A stretch of DNA of 64,000 nt from Gammaproteobacteria bacterium. Its GTDB lineage: Bacteria; Pseudomonadota; Gammaproteobacteria; Ga0077536. The number at the start of each line of letters is the position of its first letter. Position 1 is the stretch's first letter. This document shows positions 41,298 through 49,389 of the stretch, in pieces. A program made the translations under genes and the position numbers. Under the pieces are notes generated by a model that saw only the letters and a program-made list of their open reading frames with translations, did not search any database and had not been told where the DNA came from. Location: NCBI GenBank assembly GCA_963662545.2, contig CAXXLL010000002.1, positions 864,001 through 928,000 of the forward strand, given 5' to 3'.

Positions 41298-42503
41298 ATG
41301 ATTTCGAATGCCCGCAATATTCCGAACGATCCCTGCGGCGCTTTCTGTCGTGACAATCACGTTGCTCTCGGTCACACGGGTACGGGCGTGCTGGATGGTC
41401 TTACTTTTGCAGTCAAGGATGTTTTTCACATCGCGGGACACGCCACCGGTTTCGGCAATCCGGACTGGCTTGAAACCCACCCGCCCGAAGCGGTCACGGC
41501 GAGTACAATCAGTGCATTGTTGAGTGCTGGCGCGGATATGGTTGGTAGGACCTTGAGCGACGAATTGACCTACAGCCTGTCCGGCGAGAACTACCATTAT
41601 GGAACGCCGCTCAACACCTTTGCGCCCGACCGGATCCCCGGCGGATCTTCGAGCGGTTCGGCTGCGGCCGTCGCCGGCGGCCTGGTGGACTTCGCTCTCG
41701 GCACGGACTGCGGCGGCTCAGTGCGCCTGCCGGCGAGTTATTGCGGCATCTTAGGCTTCCGACCGACCCATGGACGGGTCGCCGTGGACGGCGTGATCCC
41801 ATTCGCGCCCTCGTTCGACGTAGTGGGGTGGTTTGCGCGGGACGCGGATAGTTTCGAACGCGTTGGCAGTGTCCTCTTCGACGAACCTCCTGTTGCGGCA
41901 ATCCCGCGACGGCTGTTTCTAGTCCAGGACGCTTTCGACGTGTTGCAACCCGGCGTACGCGATGCGCTCGAGCCATCTATTGACCGCCTCGCGGGGCTGA
42001 TCGGCGACAGGCAGGGTCGGACAATCACTGAGAAGGGGCTCGAAGCCTGGTTCGAAGTCTTCCGCGTCGTTCAGGGATCTGAGATCTGGTCCAATCGCAA
42101 GGCGTGGATCGAGGCAGTCAAGCCCACTATCGGTCCCGGGATTCGTGAGCGCCTGGAATGGGCTTCTTCGATCGACACTACTGCCGCTGCCGCCGCACGC
42201 GAAACCTTCGCCGGGATTCGGGATAGGCTCCGACAGCTGCTCGAACCGGGCGACCTTTTATGTCTGCCGACATCCCCGCGGGTCGCGCCGCGCAAAGGCG
42301 AGCCGCTCGACAAGCTCGAGGTCGAATACCGGGCTCAGGCTATGTGCCTGTTGTGTATCGCCGGGCTCGGCGGCCTGCCCCAGGTAAGCCTGCCCCTGGC
42401 CGAGCACGAGGGCCTGCCTATGGGCGTCTCAATCGTCGGGCCGCCCGGCGCGGACATGCAGCTTCTGGCCCTCGTGAAGACACTGCTTGATGGCAAGGCA
42501 TAG
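41298..42503 (+). CDS. amidase (amidase-signature family, short type)
   Basis: AVKD, PGGSSSGSAAAVA and GTDCGGSVRLPAS. Start set at ATG 41298. Confidence 0.9.
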   Translation: MISNARNIPNDPCGAFCRDNHVALGHTGTGVLDGLTFAVKDVFHIAGHATGFGNPDWLETHPPEAVTASTISALLSAGADMVGRTLSDELTYSLSGENYHYGTPLNTFAPDRIPGGSSSGSAAAVAGGLVDFALGTDCGGSVRLPASYCGILGFRPTHGRVAVDGVIPFAPSFDVVGWFARDADSFERVGSVLFDEPPVAAIPRRLFLVQDAFDVLQPGVRDALEPSIDRLAGLIGDRQGRTITEKGLEAWFEVFRVVQGSEIWSNRKAWIEAVKPTIGPGIRERLEWASSIDTTAAAAARETFAGIRDRLRQLLEPGDLLCLPTSPRVAPRKGEPLDKLEVEYRAQAMCLLCIAGLGGLPQVSLPLAEHEGLPMGVSIVGPPGADMQLLALVKTLLDGKA

Positions 42504-42760
42504 GGGTCGATTTCGGGCGCCCCGAGCGCGTTCGGCAAGCGCGCGTCGCCTTTTAGGTGGACACGAATTTCATTTATAGTTGCACACAAACCAAGGTCTG
42601 AAGGCGTCGTCGGTTTGAAGCTAGAGCGGTTACCCATGTGCGACTTGAGTCGTAAAGCCCGGGTCAGTTGAATAAGACGAGAAGAACAGAGTTCGACGAA
42701 CGATAGAAAACGTAAAGGCATCATCACCCACTGGCGATTAGATTCATTCGGAGCCGTTCC

Positions 42761-43543
42761 ATGGATTTCCAGAACATCATCGTAACGATCGATGACCCGA
42801 TTGCGACCCTGACGATCAATCGACCGCAGCGCCTGAATGCGCTGAACCCGCAGACGATGGAGGAAATCGAACGCGGTATCGGCGTGGTTCGCAGCAATGA
42901 CAACATTCGATGTTTGATCATTACCGGCGCCGGCGAAAAAGCCTTTATTGCAGGCGCCGACATTAACTCTCTTGTGACGATGTCGGCTTTTGACGAAAAG
43001 GAATTCGCCACCCACGGCCTGAGCGTGCTGCGCAGCTTCGAACACCTTCCGATCCCCGTCATCGCGGCCGTCAACGGCTATGCCCTGGGGGGCGGTACCG
43101 AACTCGCTCTGGCCTGCGATTTAATCCTGGCGTCGACGAACGCGAAGTTCGGGCTGCCCGAGATCAATCTCGGCGTCATCCCGGGATTTGGCGGTACCCA
43201 GCGGCTGGCACGCCGGATCGGGCTTCTACGGGCGCGGGAGATGGTCTACACGGGTGAAATGATCACGGCTGAAATGGCACTGAGCTATGGCCTCGTCAAT
43301 CATGTCTACACGCCGCAAGATCTCATGAACGAGGCGCAGGCGCTGGCTAGCAAGATCGCGGCTAAGGCGCCGCTCGCCATCCGACAGGCCAAGGTCGCAT
43401 TGAATACCGGAATCGAGATGGACCTGGACAACGGGCTTCGATTCGAAACCGAAGCGGTAGCCCTGGCATTTGCTACCAATGACAAGATAGAAGGCATGAC
43501 CGCATTCATCGAAAAACGCGAACCGGTCTTCAAGGGTGAGTGA
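42761..43543 (+). CDS. enoyl-CoA hydratase/isomerase
   Basis: AFIAGADI, ALGGGTEL and PEINLGVIPGFGGTQRL. Confidence 0.95.
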   Translation: MDFQNIIVTIDDPIATLTINRPQRLNALNPQTMEEIERGIGVVRSNDNIRCLIITGAGEKAFIAGADINSLVTMSAFDEKEFATHGLSVLRSFEHLPIPVIAAVNGYALGGGTELALACDLILASTNAKFGLPEINLGVIPGFGGTQRLARRIGLLRAREMVYTGEMITAEMALSYGLVNHVYTPQDLMNEAQALASKIAAKAPLAIRQAKVALNTGIEMDLDNGLRFETEAVALAFATNDKIEGMTAFIEKREPVFKGE

Positions 43544-43645
43544 AATGGTGCGCCAGAAACTGTTACAAGCCGAAGATTTGAAAATGATCGCCGGCCTGAT
43601 CGAAGATTCAATGTCACCCAGACTTACTGTGGTGAGGAGCGTCTC

Positions 43646-44625
43646 ATGAGCAACGAACATTGCCCGCGCGAAAATCCCCAGTTCTACAATTTCATGGATC
43701 TCGCCCGCAAGCCGGTCGACGGCCCCCCTGCGGTTGCGGGCATTCCCGGTGCGCTCATGAGCCGTGATTCGCTCTGCGACGCAGAGTCATTGATCGTCGA
43801 GATACCGCCGGGATGGAGCAAGCAGCTTGACGACGCGGAAGGCTCCATTGAATTCTTCATCATGCGCGGGGATTTGAGCTTCAACGGCGAACGCGTCGGT
43901 CCGAGCGGCTACGTCCACGTGCCCCAGGGGGGGGTGGCGGCGAAGCGAGTTCTGAAGCGGGCGCGTTGGGCTTCGTGTACTGGAATCCGAACATTCCCGC
44001 CTTTCCGCCGCCGTATACACAGAATCGCGTGTTGCGGGTGCCGGATCTCGAATGGCGCCAGAGCGTCCCGACCTCGCATAGCATCATGCACAAGCCCTTG
44101 AGGTTGCCGGATCCACACGGCGATGGCTACGAGGGCGGTCCCGGTGGCCACCTGCGTCTGGAGTACATGGCACCCGGCATGGCGACGCCGTTCGAGCACA
44201 ACCATCATGAATGCTGGGAAGAGTTATTCCTGCTCGAGGGCGACATCTTCATCGCCGACGAAGGCGTGATGGGCCCGGGGTCCGCGTGTAGTCACCCCCA
44301 GGAATGGTGGCACGGGCCGTTCGCAACCCGGCGCGGCTGCCTATTTCTGGTGCACACCGACGCCCCGATGGGAGTGCCCTGGGGCATACGCGATTATCCC
44401 TCTCAGGAAGAATTGTGTGACGCCTATTTGAATGAAGGCCATTGGGACCGGCCGATCGAGCACGAATCGTGGGCCACGCTGCCGTGGAAACGGTTTCAGG
44501 ACAATGCGGAATTCGAACAGTGGTTGAAGACCCCCGCGGGTGCGGAATGGGATACCAAGGTGGGGGCCCAGACCGCGTCGAAGTTTCGTGCAAGCTGGAA
44601 GCGGAACGTTACCAAGGTCACCTAA
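43646..44625 (+). CDS. bi-cupin protein (DUF4437-like), frameshifted at G8 tract 43927-43934
   Basis: Cupin 1 (EFFIMRGDL...GYVHVP) is in ORF 43646 and cupin 2 (EHNHHECWEELFLLEG, HPQEWWHGPF) is in ORF 43966. One extra G, or two fewer, fuses them into about 325 aa. Confidence 0.75.
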
Positions 44626-44791
44626 GGAATCTCTGAATAAGTTATGGCACACCTGCTCTTGCGCCTGAAATCGCGGAGCTCGGCGTTATGAATCTTGCCC
44701 ATAGTCCCCGCTACGGCCTGCGATTCGTGCCTTGATCCGCACGATTTCATGCACCATTCACCCGCACCATAACTTATTCAGAGGTTCCTTA
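44623..44791. mobile_element. MITE-like non-autonomous element
   Basis: 25-bp terminal inverted repeats, TAAGGAATCTCTGAATAAGTTATGG and CCATAACTTATTCAGAGGTTCCTTA (24/25 match), at a TA site with nested internal IRs and no ORF. Confidence 0.8.
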
Positions 44792-44859
44792 AATCGTGCT
44801 CCGATTTACGAGACCACTTACAATTCGATTACAACAGTGGCTTCTACAAATTTGCAAAC

Positions 44860-44883
44860 CTGGGAACCTGCTTGCGGGCGATT
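44860..44883 (+). repeat. degenerate REP-family unit
   Basis: CTGGGAACCTGCTTGCGGGCGATT resembles GTAGGAGCCCGCTTGCGGGCGAAT. Confidence 0.5.
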
Positions 44884-45016
44884 CAAGCGCTCCGTTGCCG
44901 GCAAGGAAGTGCCGCATCGTCTTGAAATTCTTATTGGCCGACGATTTTGAAGAAATTCCCATTCGGATAGGCATCTCGCCGTTGCCGAACTGACTAGCCC
45001 TACGCGAAGAAACATC

Positions 45017-46036
45017 ATGAAGTTTGGTGAGATTCCGCTCGACGAAGCCGAGGGCGCCGTACTCGGCCATTCGGTCAAGGTCGCCAAGCGCAAGACGGCG
45101 AAAGGCCGCGTACTCGACGCAGACGATATCGAGCGTTTTCGCACTGCGGGCTTGGAGCGCATTGTCGGCGCGCGTTTAGAGGAAAGCGATGTCCCGGAAG
45201 ACGTCGCCGCGGATGTCATTGGCTGTGGGCTTAGAAACGACAGCCTACGCGTCGCAGACGCTTCGACCGGGCGGGTTAACGTGTTTGCGCGATTCGATGG
45301 GCTTTGCCTGATTGACGCCGCCGCGATTCACGAGATCAACGCGGTTCACGAAGATATCACGATAGCAACCTTGCCGCCGTACCGGATCGTCTACGAGAAT
45401 GAATTAATCGCGACGATAAAGATCGTTCCGTTCGCCGCGGCTGAAGTGAACTTGTCGAGGGTATCGCAGGTCATCAGGGATAGCGGCGCGCCCGTCCGCG
45501 TTCAGGCTTTTCAGCCACGCACGGTCGGGGTCGTCTTTTCCGAGCTGCCCACGGTCAAATTCAGCGGACTGGAAAAAACCATTCGGGTGCTCGAAGCTCG
45601 GCTGCAGGGACTTGGCGGGACGATCAGTGAAAAGACAGTTTGCCGTCACGATGCTGCAAATGTTGCCGAGACCATGCAAGCGCATCTGAAAAACGACTGC
45701 GACCTGTTGCTTTTGTTCGGCGCGTCGGCAATCGTGGATCGCGGCGATGTGATCCCGCAGGCGATTGTCGAAGCGGGTGGTGAGGTGACCTATTTTGGCA
45801 TGCCGGTCGAGCCCGGCAACATGTTGCTTCTGGGACGGGTGGACGAGGTGGACGTCGTAGGCCTGCCGGGATGCGCCCGATCGCCCGCGTTGAATGGATT
45901 CGACTGGGTGCTGCAGCGTTTGTTCGCGAGGCTCCCCGTCAGTGGGGCCGAGATCGCCGGCATGGGCGTCGGCGGCTTGCTCAAGGAGCCGTCGAGACGC
46001 GTCCGCCAGAAGCGATCCTTATCAGGCGACACGTGA
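45017..46036 (+). CDS. molybdopterin-binding (MoeA/MoCF-like) protein
   Basis: MKFGEIPLDEAEGAVLGHS, TGRVN, GASAIVDRGDVIP, GMPVEPGNMLL, GLPGCARSP and MGVGGLLKE. Confidence 0.82.
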   Translation: MKFGEIPLDEAEGAVLGHSVKVAKRKTAKGRVLDADDIERFRTAGLERIVGARLEESDVPEDVAADVIGCGLRNDSLRVADASTGRVNVFARFDGLCLIDAAAIHEINAVHEDITIATLPPYRIVYENELIATIKIVPFAAAEVNLSRVSQVIRDSGAPVRVQAFQPRTVGVVFSELPTVKFSGLEKTIRVLEARLQGLGGTISEKTVCRHDAANVAETMQAHLKNDCDLLLLFGASAIVDRGDVIPQAIVEAGGEVTYFGMPVEPGNMLLLGRVDEVDVVGLPGCARSPALNGFDWVLQRLFARLPVSGAEIAGMGVGGLLKEPSRRVRQKRSLSGDT

Positions 46037-46057
46037 CGCCGCGGCCCCGGTGCTTTT

Positions 46058-47254
46058 TTAGTTTTCTAGCAGCGTTTCGTAGCGTTTATCGGTCAAGGTT
46101 TTCAGAAAGGCGATCAAGGCCTCGAGCCGGTCATCGTCGATCGGCTGTCCCTCGTGCAATAGATCGCGATCGACGGACGTTCCGAATTCGGGCTTACGCC
46201 AGCGCCGTCCGGTCTCGGGGTTCATCCGGCTATTTTCGTTCGACACCGTGTATTTGTTGTAGAAAAGTATCGCAGTACGCAAGTCCTTGAATACACCGTT
46301 GTGCATATACGGACCGGTCACGGCGACGTTGCGTAGGGTCGGCACCTTGAACTTGCCGGCAAGATCCGGGCTTTCGACGGCCGGGTTGGCGAGCAAGCCG
46401 GGATCGCGGTGGTCGGTGCCCAGTCCGTTTTTCTGCCTCACCGCCGCGTTCGCTGGAATACCAATGTTGTGGTAGCGGTAACTCGTAAACGTCTCTTGCG
46501 GGTTGATGGACGAGGTATTGAACAGGTGGCAGGTCGTGCAATTCGTCAACGGCGAAAAGAACAGATTGCGACCGGTCGATTCGAGCGCTGTCATTTCGTA
46601 GGTGCCGCGAAGGTAACGGTCGTACTTGGAATTAAAGGGGGCGAAGAATGGCGTTCTTTCGAACGCGCTAATGCTTTGAATGACCGCCTCAACCAACTGT
46701 CGGTCATCGTCGAATGCAGCGTCTCCAAAGCGTTCTTTGAACATTCGCGCGTAATCCGGGTTGTCCCTCACCCTTGCCGCGAGTTCGGCTTCGTCGGATA
46801 AGCCCATCTCGATCGGATTGAAAAAAGGTTCGCGCGCCTGCCTTGCCAGTGTCTCAGCGCGCCCGTCGAGAAAAAAGCCCCCGACGTAGCGGCCGCTTTC
46901 GTCGCGGTGAAAATCCGGACCCATGAATGTGTAAGCCGTGGTCGGTGCGTTGCGATCGCCCAGTGATTTGCCATCGTCGCCGAGTGAGACAGCGCCGTCG
47001 ACGCCGCTGTCCCTGCCATCGGTAAAGGCCCGCGCCGGGTCGTGGCAGGACGTACAGGATTGAGCGCGGTTTCGAGATAGATTGGTATCGAAAAAGAGGG
47101 CACGCCCGATTTCAATGAGCATGCCCGGTTCGCTAACTTCCAGCGACGCATCCGCCCGCACCTCGATGCCCGGCCATATGCAGACAACGAATGCGACGCC
47201 CATGCGGACGGCCCGCGACCTGGATTCTCCGGTTTCAGACAGGATGTGTATCAA
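46058..47254 (-). CDS. di-heme cytochrome c peroxidase/MauG family
   Basis: Two CxxCH motifs (CTSCH, CTTCH), RNAPT, FLDGRA, NPIEM and FKVPTLRNVAVTGPYMHNG. The start may be ATG 47203. Confidence 0.9.
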   Translation of the reverse strand: MIHILSETGESRSRAVRMGVAFVVCIWPGIEVRADASLEVSEPGMLIEIGRALFFDTNLSRNRAQSCTSCHDPARAFTDGRDSGVDGAVSLGDDGKSLGDRNAPTTAYTFMGPDFHRDESGRYVGGFFLDGRAETLARQAREPFFNPIEMGLSDEAELAARVRDNPDYARMFKERFGDAAFDDDRQLVEAVIQSISAFERTPFFAPFNSKYDRYLRGTYEMTALESTGRNLFFSPLTNCTTCHLFNTSSINPQETFTSYRYHNIGIPANAAVRQKNGLGTDHRDPGLLANPAVESPDLAGKFKVPTLRNVAVTGPYMHNGVFKDLRTAILFYNKYTVSNENSRMNPETGRRWRKPEFGTSVDRDLLHEGQPIDDDRLEALIAFLKTLTDKRYETLLEN

Positions 47255-47257
47255 ATG

Positions 47258-47292
47258 GATGTTCGATAGATGTTCGATAGATGTTCGATAGA
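47258..47292. repeat. three perfect 11-bp tandem repeats (GATGTTCGATA)
   Basis: Copies at 47258, 47269 and 47280, directly upstream of the peroxidase gene. Confidence 0.9.
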
Positions 47293-47450
47293 GAACGCAC
47301 GCGCGGGCTTATACGCGCTTCCGCCACGGGCACGTCGATCGCGAATATCCTGTCTGGGCTCAGCGCCTAAGACAGGAAGCGATTATTGCAAGTTCGGGGA
47401 CGAGAATGAAGCAACCGGCGCCCGGCGTGCCACGGAAACCACGCCTGTCT

Positions 47451-47927
47451 TTAGATTGAATCCGCGGCGGCGTCTACGACGTCGGTGGCTTTCAGCATTT
47501 GCTCTACCTTCCGTGCAGAGCGCTCGCACTCATCGATGCTGTTCATAACCTTGAACTTGAGACCCAAGGACGGTTCGTTTCCTTCCAAGTGGGCCAGTAC
47601 CGCCCGGGTCAAATGGCCGCAGGACTCCGTCATGCGCGCTTCGGCGGCGATCAACGTTGGGTCGGCCTGCTCGAAGACTTCGACCAGCGGATAATAGTCG
47701 AGCAATTGATTGGCGATGCGGCTTTGATAGAGGAATACGCGTTCGGCCCGGGAGCGATCGTTACTCGATTGCTGCGCAGACGTATCGAGATCTGTCGGCG
47801 CTTTGCTCATCGTCGTACAGCTCGCGACGAGCATCGCGAAACCTGCGAATGCGACAGCCCTGAGCATCTTGAGTTTCGTGTTGGGGACCTGTTCCATTTG
47901 CGATAGCTCCCGTATTTCTATCTGCAT
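47451..47927 (-). CDS. hypothetical lipoprotein
   Basis: Hydrophobic stretch ending in lipobox LVASC, with a helical body containing two Cys. Start uncertain. Confidence 0.6.
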   Translation of the reverse strand: MQIEIRELSQMEQVPNTKLKMLRAVAFAGFAMLVASCTTMSKAPTDLDTSAQQSSNDRSRAERVFLYQSRIANQLLDYYPLVEVFEQADPTLIAAEARMTESCGHLTRAVLAHLEGNEPSLGLKFKVMNSIDECERSARKVEQMLKATDVVDAAADSI

Positions 47928-48190
47928 CGGTCGATTGATCAGTCACTCCTTGAGCTAAAGCGTAGTCGGTGGGCGATCGGGTTGGAGGGAAATACGGCCG
48001 GAGTGTGACTTTCGCCACATATCGAGTGATCGGAATGCGAACCAGTTCTCAGGGTTGCCGAAGCATCCCGAAATCGTTACGAAATGTTAAAAAAATAACA
48101 GGCCAGAAAGGGCGTGGCTGCCGGCCGGACCGACTCCGGGAAACCAGTTCAAAGCGTGGTGAGATTTTCTGCTGCTATCAGCGGAAGGCT

Positions 48191-48253
48191 ATTCGCCCGC
48201 AACCGGGCTCCTACGTTCGGGAGTTCTCCGTAGGAGTCCGCCGGCGGGCAAAT
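48191..48253. repeat. REP-like inverted doublet (GTAG family)
   Basis: 48191-48214 ATTCGCCCGCAACCGGGCTCCTAC and 48230-48253 GTAGGAGTCCGCCGGCGGGCAAAT, just downstream of the AraC gene. Confidence 0.75.
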
Positions 48254-48284
48254 CGAATGCTGACTCGTATTTTGAAACGGAAGT

Positions 48285-49361
48285 CTAGCGGCGGTTTCGA
48301 TGCTGCGTGGGCGAAATGCCCGTCCACTCTTTGAACGCGCGCGAGAAGGTGTCGGCGTCCATGAAGCCGAGGTGAGAGGCGATTTCCCGCAGAATCAGAT
48401 CGGTGCGGTCGAGTAATTCCTGCGCTCGCTCGACCCGTACCTCCTTCAACACCGCTGAGTAACTGGTGTTTTCCGATTCGAGACGCCGCTGTAATGTGCG
48501 CTCCGTCAAGTACAGCGTAGCGGCGAGAACAGGCAGCGATGGGATTGGTGTCGCGCTTCTAAGACGACTCCTGACTATGTCCGCATAGTTAAGAGGTTTG
48601 AGCAGTACGTCATTTGTAGATCGACATTGACTCTCGAGGAAGCGATACGCCCTTGCATCGGCCTGCGGCGAGGCGGTATCCCATAGGTGTCTTGCGAACC
48701 GTATCTCGTTCGTCGCTGCACCGAACTCCACCGTGCATCCGAAGAAGGCGGCATAGGCATCCAGATCCGGCGGGAGCATATGCCGGAATCGGACGCACGT
48801 CGGTCGTAGCTGCGGCCCGAAAACACTATGCAATACGGCGAGTGTCACGGTGAGATCGCGTTCCATAAAAAACGGACCACAATCGCCGAGGCCGCTGATC
48901 TCTTCTAGCACGAGGATTTCTTCGGCGTCCTCACGCCACACCGAAAGCTCGACCGGTCCCCAGGCGAGTGACGGGTAGGAGAGCGTCGTGCGGAGAAATT
49001 CGCGCAAGTTAGGCGCCCGTGACGCGGCGAGCCCGACCACGCCGAATCTCGCGACATCGTAGCGCTGACCAACGACGAGGCCCGCGGCCGGAACTTTCAA
49101 ACGTTCCAATGCGCGGCGGGTGAACTTGATTTCCTGATCTACGTGGATGCGATAGCCCGGCTCCTCCAGAGCGAAGCGTGGGATCTCCGCATGAGCGAGA
49201 ATCGGTTCGACCGCATGGCCCTGCGCGTCCAGCAATTCGATGAGGGGCAGGAGCCCGTGGACCAGACGCTCGCTCGAGGGAGCGGGGCTGCCGAAGAGAT
49301 AGTCCGCCGCGTTGCGGGTCTGCCTGCGGCGCCTGGTGCGGTCTGTTGGTCGCGTCGTCAT
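48285..49361 (-). CDS. AraC family transcriptional regulator (N-terminal ligand-binding domain plus HTH)
   Basis: FFGCTVEFG, LTERTLQRRL, IASHLGF and FSRAFKEWTGISP. Confidence 0.92.
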   Translation of the reverse strand: MTTRPTDRTRRRRQTRNAADYLFGSPAPSSERLVHGLLPLIELLDAQGHAVEPILAHAEIPRFALEEPGYRIHVDQEIKFTRRALERLKVPAAGLVVGQRYDVARFGVVGLAASRAPNLREFLRTTLSYPSLAWGPVELSVWREDAEEILVLEEISGLGDCGPFFMERDLTVTLAVLHSVFGPQLRPTCVRFRHMLPPDLDAYAAFFGCTVEFGAATNEIRFARHLWDTASPQADARAYRFLESQCRSTNDVLLKPLNYADIVRSRLRSATPIPSLPVLAATLYLTERTLQRRLESENTSYSAVLKEVRVERAQELLDRTDLILREIASHLGFMDADTFSRAFKEWTGISPTQHRNRR

Positions 49362-49389
49362 TTCTCGGATTCGGGACCCGTTGTCGTTC

